Position numbers and translations under genes: made by a program | The notes under the pieces: model-generated | Seen by the model: only the letters and a program-made list of their open reading frames with translations | Told to the model about the DNA's origin: nothing | Databases searched by the model: none | NCBI RefSeq assembly: GCF_009914755.1 | Contig: NC_060935.1 | Strand: one strand, 5' to 3' | Origin: the human T2T-CHM13v2.0 reference genome, Homo sapiens | DNA length: 64,000 bases | Shown: piece by piece, positions 52,965 through 64,000 of the stretch | Layout of the letters: each line of letters opens with the position of its first letter | Numbering within the stretch: position 1 is the first letter of the stretch

Positions 52965-53620
52965 GTGCCCTGCTGGTGGGAATGCAAAATGGCGCAGCCA
53001 CTATGGAAAACAGTATGGTGTTTCCTCAGAACATTCAAAATAGAATGACCTTATGATCTAGCAATTCCACTTCTGGGTATATATCCAAAAGAAGTGAAAG
53101 CATTTGATATGAAAGAATATCAAAGAGATATTTGCATACCTGTGTTCATAGCAGCATTATTCACAATAGCCAAAAGGTGGAAGCAACCCAAGGGTGCATT
53201 GACAAATGAATGGAGAAACAAAACATGGTATGAATATATGAATATATCTATGTATATACACAAACCATGTATTATCATTCAGCCTTAAAAAGGAATGAGA
53301 CTCTGATACCTGCTACAGCATGGATGAACCCTGAGGACATTACACTAAGAGAAATTCACCAGTCACAAAAATACAAATACAGTATGATTCCACTCATATG
53401 AGGTACCTTGAGTGGTCAGAATCATACAGACAGAAAGAAGAATGGAGGTTGCCAGGGGATTGCAGGAGGGGGGCATTGTTTAATGGGTATAGCATCTCTG
53501 ATTTGCAAGATGAGAAGAATTCTGGAGAATTCTTTTCTCCAGTATAATTAACCCTGCTGAATTATATGTGTCAACATTGTTAAGATGATATTTTATATTA
53601 CATACATTTTATCACAATTT
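52965..53620 (+). mobile_element. L1M (L1MB-like) 3' end
   Basis: tgctggtgggaatgcaaaatggcgcagccactatggaaaacagtatgg...gcaattccacttctgggtatatatccaaaagaa; PVFIAALFTIAKRWKQPK remnant. Confidence 0.9.
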
Positions 53621-53639
53621 TTTGTATGTTGCATTAAGA

Positions 53640-53870
53640 ACATGAGTCTTGGAAGTTTTGGAATCCACAAGACCTAAGTGCTTCATTTTATTTCTCTTTT
53701 TTAGTACTGGCTCAGCCACCTACAAGTTCTGTTTTATAATTTTCTCTGAGCCTCAGTTACTTCATCTGTAAAATGGGGTCAACTGGGTGTCTGCCTTGTA
53801 TCATTGTCATGTGGATCGTGTGAAGGAATGCAAGTCAGATGCCTGGCACAGCGCCTGACTAAATAAGGGA
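53640..53870. mobile_element. MIR SINE
   Basis: ctctgagcctcagttacttcatctgtaaaatgggg...gcctggcacagcgcctgac. Confidence 0.7.
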
Positions 53871-55145
53871 ATACTGGGACATGTTGTAGCCCTTGATGTT
53901 ATTTTAAAAACAAAACAAAATGGACTCAATGAGTTTTTTGGAATGATGCCAACAGGTAAAGAAGGACAGGGCCACAAATTTGGCAGCCAGGATACAAAGA
54001 CCCTATGGTGAAAGTTATCCAGGCTTGTCTGGAAGAATCCCCAGGTCCTGAGAGCAGTGGACAGCCACACACCTGCATGGAGGAGCTGTTGGGCCCCTGA
54101 CATGCCCAGGCTACTCAGAGACCACAGAAATCAGCTTGTTCTGCAGCCGACACCATCAACCTAATGAGAGTTCAAGTTCAATTACTGTCACTTATCTGTC
54201 CTGTCTACTGGCACCAAGCAAAAGCAAAGTGCTCCATTTCTAAGTAACGGTTTCCAGATTTCAAGGCCAGAAGCCAGGCTTTTTGCAGGGTACAGGCTTT
54301 GCAGCCCAAAGGGGCTCAAGCCTTCAGCTTCAGCAGGATTAAGCAAAGCTCCATCGCCACGAATGTCTGTCTTCCAAACCACATCTTCCTGGCTCTTTCC
54401 TCTAGGGATTGCATGAAGTCTCATTACAGTATACAGTACAGGACATGGTAAAGCACTGCAGATGCAGGATATGTTCCTAACTCAGCATGTATTCCTAACT
54501 CCTTGGCATGGCTCTCAAAGGCCTGCCTGATCTCATCCCTGCCTCTCCCCCAGCTTTACTTGCTGCTCCCCCACGCACATCTCCAGCTCTGGCATTCTAA
54601 ATTGTTTAGCGTTCCTCCAACATATTCTTATTTCCACATGCCTCCTTGACTTTGAACAAGAAATACTTGTTCAACGAATACCCTTTTTCCCCACAACTGA
54701 GAATTCCTAGACAACATTCAAAATACAGCTCAACTGCCACCTCTTCCAGGGAGCCTGTCAAGAAGTGTGAAGGGTCTAAGATTCTATTCTACTTGCAAGA
54801 TGATACATGTTCCTGCCACGGTTTCATGGCTGCTAGCAGAAGACATGAGACTTCTGGGTCAGAGACAAAGGACTTTATTTCAGCAACACGGAAACAGCAT
54901 AAGCCTCTTGTCTGTATCAGTTCTCCTTGCCTGCAGGTTCCACACTGCCCCATGGAGGGGTCCAGACGGATGCTGCACATGCATTGGGTTTACATCACAC
55001 CTAAGGGATCTCAAGCTCAGAGAACCCAAACCTTTGATAATGGACTGCAAGCAAACCTGCCCTCTGCCAAGGAGGGAGAGCTAGCTCTGTTTTTCAAGGC
55101 CACCGCCTAGAAAAGATGGCCTGGAACAAGAGATCAATTAGTGTC

Positions 55146-55696
<551 letters not shown>

Positions 55697-56029
55697 GTGC
55701 CTTTGCTTATAAAATGAGCAGAAACAGAGACCCGTAGAGAACTGTCTCCCAAGCAAGTCTTCCATGGCTACCTGGTTTTCCCCTGCACCATGCCCCCACA
55801 ATGCCCTGTGCAACCTTTGCCTTTCAAAATTATGCATCCATATTGTAATGACTTGTTTATTTTTTTTGTCCACTATAGCCTGGATGCTTCTCCGATGTTA
55901 GAGACTGTCTTTTACACTTCTCTGCCAAAAACGTAGCAGGTACTCAAAGAATGTGCAAATAAATGAATGAATTAATACTGATAATTTTGATAGCCAAGGA
56001 TTGGGCTACCAAAATAATCAAATCATAAC

Positions 56030-56270
56030 AAATGCCTGCTATTTACTGACTTCTTACTCTTTATGTTCCAGGTATTGTATAATATTTTGACCTGGGTTAT
56101 TTTATTTTATCTTCATGACAATACTATATGGAAGGTACTGTTATTAAGCCCATTTTACATATGGGAAAACTAAGGCTTAGAGCAGTTCAGGAACTTAACC
56201 AAAGGCACACAGCTAATAAGCAATAGAATTGCCATTTGAACTGGATCTGCCTGTGCCCGAGCTGTTAACC
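56030..56270. mobile_element. MIR SINE
   Basis: ttattaagcccattttacatatgggaaaactaaggcttagag...cacacagctaataag. Confidence 0.7.
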
Positions 56271-56607
56271 ACCCCCTCTGAAGTGCTGCTTCTATCAGCA
56301 GTCATCTAAACCTTGTCTGTATTCGCAGGGGTGGAGGCAGTAGCCTGCATGTCCCCACCACCCACCCTCTGTGACTCAGCCCATCAGCCGCCTCACATAG
56401 ACATTGAGCACTCAAATGTTCCTGCTAGGACTTCCCACCTCCCTAATCACCTCACACTGGAATAGATGGTATTTGCTCTTGGTATTTGCTCTTGGGCATG
56501 GCCTGGAATGCAAAACTGACCTTTCTCCCTGACAAAGAAAAGAAGGGATAAGATAAATTTGCAGACTCTACATTTGATAAAATTTACAGTTCTCAAACAG
56601 CCATCCC

Positions 56608-56796
56608 CCTTGTTTATATTTCTTTGATCTAATAATCAAAGAAATATAAACAAGGTGCCATGCTCGTATAGCCTGCAGAACTGTAAGCCAAATAAACCTC
56701 TTTTCTTTGTAAATTACCCAGGCTTGTGTACTCCTTTATAGCAATGCAAATGATCTTTATATTTCTTTGATCTAATAATCAAAGAAATATAAACAA
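56608..56796. repeat. Complex rearrangement: 21-bp inverted repeat, identical 41-bp direct repeats and a copied MST LTR segment
   Basis: Hairpin 56608-56628 / 56635-56655; direct repeats 56613-56653 and 56756-56796; 56654-56752 is about 94% identical to 55592-55687. Confidence 0.9.
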
Positions 56797-58959
56797 AACG
56801 AAGATATCTTTTTTCTTTGCCTATCATATGATCACGCACTGTTAACACCCACTGTAGGTGAGGGCTGGTGAAACACAGCCTCAGAAGTTGATGCTAAAAA
56901 TAAAATGGGTGTAGCCTTCCTAGAGGAAAATTTGTCAGTATCTCTCAAAATTTTAGATATGCATACCCTTTGACTTAGCAATTTAATTTCTAGCATTTGC
57001 ACTGAAAGTATTTGCAAAACCATTCAAAAACATAGAGATGTTTAGACCAAAATTGTAAATTCACAAACTCTTTTGAAAATAAAGAAATCTATAAAGGGTC
57101 TCTGCAAGCTTAAAATCCTCTGGAAAGATCTACTAATGATTTAATATATGTCTTACCAGGATTTTTTATGCGTACTTTTTTCTAAAACTAAGAGATTTCA
57201 TATACCATATATGTATATTTTATATACTTTAAATATTATATATACTGTTCTGCAATTTTTTTTCACTTAATGTTTGATTGAAGACAACCTTTTATACCAT
57301 CTCCACAGTATTAACTCCAAAGTATTTTGATTTTAGATGTGGAATCGCTTCTATTTAATGAATTCTTTCTTGGAAGATATTGAGGTTGAGGAGAGTACAA
57401 CTTAATATACCAGGTAGCAGCACAAAAAGAAATGCCTACCCCGTAAAAATTGCTCACCCACATCAACTTTATTTATTTGGGAATTATTTACCCATTTCTC
57501 AGAATGATACAGAGCTCTTCAATTTTTCTTATATATCTTTTCCTACTGAATAATGCAAGTGGGCCTTATATTTAGACATAAATCACGAAGTCAACGCAAA
57601 ATATAAATCTCGAAACACAAATGTACCCAAACTCTGTGTGGTTGTCAGACTATGGAACTGAACATTCACACAAGCCTTTGCTATCAACCTTAGGACAATA
57701 AGTCTGTTTCTTTCTGCAGAAACCAGTATCACCCCTTGCCAACTTGGGGCCCCAACTTGGAACTTATCAGTACCCAACCATCGCCTAGTCCCCTGGTCGT
57801 TCATTTTGACCTATCCTTCCCTTTGTCTGTATCCCCAATCCTCAACCTAGACATATAGGACAGGCACGGTTAGGAACAACAGCGGGATGAGTCAGCCTTG
57901 TGGCCAGGAACACAGAGCTCCTGGCAGAGCACATCAGTCAGAGAGCGAGGCAGGCTGCTGCAGAATGAAAGCAGCCCGAGGCTACAAATGTCAGAGGAAA
58001 GACGCCTGTGCCTGTGGAGACCTTTCGCATCTCCCCCCAGTCTCATGCCATTCTTTTTTCTGTAAAGTTGCTGGGAACCAGCAAATTAGAACCCAGTTTT
58101 AATTACTCTTCAGTAATAATGAACCTCACACAAAGAGCCTTTATAAACCTTGCCACACTAGATTCTCACTCAGTCTTGTGAAAGGGGGATTATTAGCCCC
58201 ATTTGATAGCTGAAGAAACCGAGTCACAAAGGGCAGAGCTTGTAAAAGGCAATGCAGGGCTCGAACCGAGGTCTGCATCTCACCTTCTTCAAACTTCTTC
58301 ATTCTGCCTCAAAATGGACAGAAGGGAAGGGCTGCATTTCCTGGGACTCAGCCACCACCCTAGCCTCCCTGGACCTTGCAGGTCTCCCCAGGAGGCAGAT
58401 CCTCTGGGAACTGATTGAGTCCCTCTAGAGGTGCCGCACCCTCCCCTGGTGCACTTCTGTTAAAATCATAAGCCCCCAGCGATTCCTCATCATGTTACCT
58501 TCTGACACTCCATTAAATGGATTGAGTCCAGCATCAAAAACCAGGGCGCAGGGAGAAAACAAAGCCAGCACCCCACTCGAGAGTGTATGAACAAGTTGGG
58601 GTCAGGGAAGAACTTGAGACCTGAGGGAGAAAGCGCTTGTTCGATACACTTTCCTCTCCCACTTTCTCGCTTGGTCTCTCTGGGCTTGGAGGTGATGGGT
58701 GCTCACTGCTCCATGGGAAAAGACGGTCACGGCTTAACACCCCATTCTCCCCAGGCTCCAATACATTTAACAGGCAAAGTATCCTCACAACATGCGGTCT
58801 CACACTTGTCGGGAACTCCATGATCACTGTCCTCAGTCTGCTGTCCCAGTCAAAAAGCCACCACCAGCACTGGAACAAGGAAGTCACTGGGTCACTCAAA
58901 TCTCTACAAGCTGGGTGCTTTTGGCAGGAAAATCCATCCACCTGTGGCCTCAGAAGTCT

Positions 58960-59262
58960 GTTGTTTGTTTGTTTCTAGAGACAGGGTATTCCTGTCACCC
59001 AGGCTGGAGTGCAGTGATGCAATCATAGCTCACTGCAGCCTCGACCGCCTGGGCTCAAGCGATCCTCCTGCCTCAGCCTCCTGAGTGGCTGGAACCACAG
59101 GCATGTGCCACCAGGCCCGGCTAATTTTTTTTATTTTTTATTTTTTGTAGAGGGGTCTCAATTTCTTACCCCGGTTGGTCTTGAACTCCTGTCTTCAAGT
59201 GATCCTCCCACCTCAGCCCTCCAAAGTGCTGGGACTACAGGTGTGGGCCACTGTACCCAGCC
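58960..59262 (-). mobile_element. Full-length old Alu (AluJ-like)
   Basis: Both arms present; flanking cagaagtct at 58951 and 59266 is a TSD remnant. Confidence 0.92.
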
Positions 59263-62200
59263 TTCCAGAAGTCTTGGCCAGTATCTTGGAGTTGCTTGTA
59301 CATGATTGAACTTACAGCTTCAAACTAGGTGTGTTCACCTAGATACAAACCAGCTCACTTTTTAACATCAAATTCTAATGTGAAACCGGAAAGACAACAC
59401 ATGCAGGACATGCTAAGCCTTGTAGCTGCGAGTTGGATTTTAAAGAGGATGTGTGCCATCAAAAGGGTGCCTTGGCTAATTGGGCCAGACTTTTCCTATG
59501 TGGGGACACAGTTCCATAAATAAAAGTGTCCTATTAATGCACAATGGCTTGCCCATGCTCTAGCTTCTACATGCTGCTTTCCTCCTCACCCCCAGCACAA
59601 AAGCAGCACAGCATCAGTGCGTCTGCCACTGACCTGTGAAGTGGGGCAGGCGGCAAGTGCAGCACAAAAGCCTCACAACAAAGACGTCAGACCACATCCC
59701 CATCAGCCGATGTGCTCAGGTGCAATAACAAGCTGCGGTGTCCTTTTCCCCTTTCACATTTGAGTGTAAAAACAGACCAGGGCCTTGCACATACTGCGTG
59801 CAATTTCTAGACAGGCATATAGTGTTACTCTCTGTAACTTTCTGTGAGCCTCCTTGGGTTACCATACATATTAATACACATTCCAGCATTTGAAGAAAGG
59901 AAAGTATAGGGTGTGTGGTGATTACTTTTAATTGAATTCATCTGGAAATTTTAAAGCCTGAAAATTTAGCTCCTGTGTATAGTATTTTAAGGTTTACACA
60001 GCATATGATTTGTCCTTTGCCATGGCAAATCTCCCTCTTCCCTCTGAGAGAAAGTTTCTGCAGTGTGTAATGCATTTCAGAGCCAACCGTAAAAATCATT
60101 AAATTGCAAAATGATAGAATGAGACAGTGGTGACAAAGCACAGTCCCCTGCATTCCCTTGATAGTAAACTAGTCTTTATCGCTTTCTATTCAGAAAAAGA
60201 GCTCCGTGTCTCTGTAAAGACGATGCTGAAGCCCTAGGTCAACTGTGCCCAGGAATAGGAAGGTGGTTGAATGAAAGAATTCTGTGGACATGGGAAACTA
60301 GATCTCACTTCCCTGACTCTGGGCAAGCCACTGCGACAATGAGTGCAGCTCTGTAGTGAGGCACACATGCCACATTCTCTGCCATATGACATCCCTCTCA
60401 CAGGTGGCTTGAAAAGTCTCCAATCTGTTCTCCAAAGCCCTGTGGGATCGTCCAGACACTGGCCAGTCAAGCATCAGATGCCCCCGGTCTCCCTTCTAGT
60501 TAATCAAACGGGAATTTAGTCTAATATAGAAACCCAATATGCTCATATCCCGAGGGTCTGAGCAGGCATCAAGACAACCTTGGCAAGCCTCCAGCACGTG
60601 GGGTACTTAGATCTACCGCTCCCCTCAACCACCTGCATTCTCAGGACTGTCATATATGGGGGTTCGGATTCTGCCCTGCACAAGGGGGCCAAGGTGTGTC
60701 CTCCATCACACAATGGCCACAGGAGACTGCATGGGCAGGTGTGGAGATTCTGGGCCTCCCAGATGAGATCTGAAGAAGAGTACACAGGGGCACACAAGGC
60801 CATGCATGCTTGGGAAAAGTGACGCACAGCACAAAAGTGCAGGCAACCAGTTTCTGCCCAAGCATGCCGTTGGCATGTTCAAGATCTTGTCTCTTCCCCA
60901 TCCCACTCTCAGAGTCTCAATTCCCCTGACTAAAAGGCACCAACTGGACACAGCTGCCTCGTTGAAAGGGTGGAGGGGGCAGCATGGGATGCACATGTGG
61001 CAGCCTCATGTATCCTGGTCCTCCAGCAGGTGCAGATGTGCTCACAGGCACGGCTGCTGCCCTCCCCAGAGCACGGCTGTACCACTGTGCAATGATAGAT
61101 TAAGTTTTTTTTTTGACTTGAGAACAAAGGCTTTTTTCCTAATTCACAACCCTGTGAGTTCTGCTTCCCCTGCCCTTTTCATTCTACAACTCTGCTCAGG
61201 CCTCAATCCTTCATCAAACCCCAAACACAGCCTGAGATCTGGAACACTCTAAACCACTTCCCTCTAGGACCATGATCATATCCTATGGCTGGCTGGTTTT
61301 TGTTTCGCTTTCTTCTGTCTCTTCCCACCTTTGGAAGCTGGCCTCTCTTCCATCCCTGCCTTAGTTAACCTTGTCTTCGTTTCAGAGGCTTCTGTGCTGC
61401 CAGGGCTGGGAGAGATGATGGACATTGTTACCTCACTTGAAGATGGGGAAACTGAGGTGCCCTAGCTGGTAGGTGACAAAGTGGGGCTTCTAGACTCCAC
61501 AGCCAGTGCCCTTTCCACTTCACTGCACAGTTCCTCCCCCCACCCCCAGGCTCCCTTGAATGGTGGGTCACTACCATTGCACACAGCCAACTGGACCCCC
61601 AGCCTGCTGTAAAAGTCGGCCAGCTCCCGACATTTGAGCACTGTGCCAAAAACAAGGGAAAAAATCCATCAGCTACTAACCAAGACAACACCACCTTCCT
61701 AACTGTCATCCGTACACTGGTTCCCTTCCAGCCATCAGACCAAAAGACGTGGGGAAAATCCTCAGTGCCCTGGGAAGGCTGAGGATGCAGAAGCCATCTG
61801 GATACAGGGGGGCTGGCTTCCTGCGGTCTTCATAAAAAAGGCACACTTTCCCTACTGGCCACTCCTCAGCAGGCGTGTGCATCCGAAGCCAGCACATCTT
61901 TGGGAAGATGAAGTGCAGTTGAGCCACCTCTGGTCTGGGAGTTAGGAGACCAGTGACTCCAACCAGGTCATCCCCCGACCTGTGCCCAGGTTTTCTTTCT
62001 GTGAAATCACACCCCTTCCAAATTTATGACTCTATAATTCTGTGAAATCCATTCTGCCTCTGGACTAAGCAACAGGCAACTAACAGAAGCAATCACAGGG
62101 GACCAGAGCCTAGCCCTGAAATGGACGGACAGCCTTTTTCCCTTTAGGCCATTGGGCTCCACATAAGGTGTTCTTGTTCTCAAACTGCCTGACCAGAGGT

Positions 62201-62573
62201 GGGATTACAAAAGGGGTAGCCATCCCAGAGGCTCTGGGGATTTCACCACCTGATATACCAGGTCTGTCACCAAAGTCCCAGTCAACATGTCTGGTACTTG
62301 CTTGTACCCCTTTCAAAGCTGAGATGGGCCATGCAAATGACCACTCAATTTAATTTATCTGTTGTTTCTGATGCCAAGTGCATGGAGGCGTAACCTATTA
62401 CTGGACTACATCTGTCTGGTCAGAAATGTAGGAATTGAGGAATCTCGGTAGAAATGAGTCAGGAGACTCCACTCCCTCCTGCCCATGGTCTGCATCTGAG
62501 TCACCGTTGGCAAACTGAATGAAAATGAAAGTGAGTGTGTCGGGGTGCAAGTACAGGGGAAATGACAACTTAC

Positions 62574-62657
62574 GTGGCTCCTTCTGCCTTCTTCGTCTCC
62601 CACAGATGTGATAACTGTCTCTGAAAAGACCATTTGTCCAGTCTGGTTGTTGGTTAT
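62574..62657 (-). CDS. DKK3: DKK3 coding exon ([28 protein letters not shown])
   Basis: gtag|62657, CAC|gtaagt at 62574; 84 nt, phase 0-0; upstream exons lie beyond the window. Confidence 0.95.
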
Positions 62658-62799
62658 CTACAGTAAAACAGGTACAATGAAAGTAAAATAGAAGGAATTC
62701 TGGACAAATTCCACAAGTTGTTTTTGTGTTTTGTTTTCCATTTTCTGAAGCAGGAGCATCCAGTATAGGAGTCGAAATGCCCACCCCGCTTTCTTTCTG

Positions 62800-62970
62800 A
62801 GTTCCCCCAGCAGCTGTGAGATGGACGGCTTCCCCTGGGCACAGTGATAAGAAATGTTAACAGAGTCAGCCTCATAGGGTTGCTATGAGGAGGAAATGAG
62901 GGGATCCGGAGAAATCACTCCGCACAGTGCCTGACACCCAGCAAAACGCTCAAAGATGTCAGCTGTTTCT
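62800..62970. mobile_element. MIR SINE
   Basis: cctcatagggttgctatgaggaggaaatgag...cacagtgcctgacaccca. Confidence 0.55.
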
Positions 62971-63226
62971 ATCTTTCTTGGGGCTCATCACTTGAAACTC
63001 AATGTCAACTTTATTCTTGACAAATTACAAGTCCGGGTGTCTAGTTGAACATCTTTCATGAAAAGCAAGCAGGTTTTAGCTCTAGCAGCCCTACCTGATT
63101 CTAGTGAATGGCTTCATTTCATCAAGAAAGTGCTTAAGTATAATGAGAGACTTGTTCCAATATTCCTGTATCTGTTGTCTGCCTCTGATTCTGTAACCAG
63201 GTGCAGGCATCTCAAAGCTAAGTCTA

Positions 63227-63559
<333 letters not shown>

Positions 63560-64000
63560 TCAGGAGCTAGGAGATGTGTGTTCTTTGAGCTCTGTCTCAG
63601 TCACCAGTAACCATCCAGTATGTCACCTGGAACAAATAATATATTTTCTCTGATTCAAAATTTTCTCACTTCTACATCATCTTTAAGGTCTCTGCCAGCT
63701 CTAATATCACAGGAATCTGCAGCCAGGACAAAGTGGAAACTCTTGTACTAATTTGCAGAAGGGAATCAAATTCTAGTTCTGAGAAGGTAAGGATCATGCT
63801 TTTACATTTTTACCTAAATAATTCCTCTCCCCAAATGAAATGATCTCTTCCCTTATGCCAGCTTTTTATAGAATTAACCAATGTCATATTTTAAAAAATT
63901 CTACAAGCCTGTATGTATGGGTTGCATGACTTATTAGAACGTTTATTATAACAATTTGTATTTTTCTTAAATCTCCAGAAGAAGAATATAAGTTTTCCAA

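Noticed and set aside
53094-53288. ORF resembling the L1 ORF2 C-terminus
   Set aside because: Short decayed L1M remnant, not a functional gene.

Overview
Primate, almost certainly human, genomic DNA containing two convergent protein-coding genes. The + strand carries the last 12 coding exons of USP47 (ubiquitin-specific peptidase 47; coding exons 186-20056, 732 codons plus stop in this window) and an AT-rich 3'UTR with many AATAAA signals. The - strand carries the last five coding exons of DKK3 (Dickkopf-3; 62657 down to 28347), a 30.2-kb intron and a ~1.4-kb 3'UTR. Every intron between the listed exons is GT-AG and exon phases sum in frame. The rest is Alu, MIR, L1, CR1/L3, MaLR/ERVL LTR and hAT relics; repeat family names come from motif recognition, not a database run, and their boundaries are approximate. 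I see no new gene or new enzymatic system. The most unusual signals are: (i) a template-switch scar at 56608-56796 (21-bp perfect hairpin, identical 41-bp direct repeats, a copied piece of a neighbouring LTR) that creates four TCF/LEF cores inside DKK3, a Wnt-pathway modulator; (ii) a second templated-insertion scar at 41747-41851; (iii) a zero-gap inverted Alu pair in a USP47 intron; (iv) an in-frame upstream acceptor that would add 14 aa to DKK3; (v) a hairpin-dense element and a CTCF-like motif in the USP47 3'UTR; (vi) several young tandem duplications.
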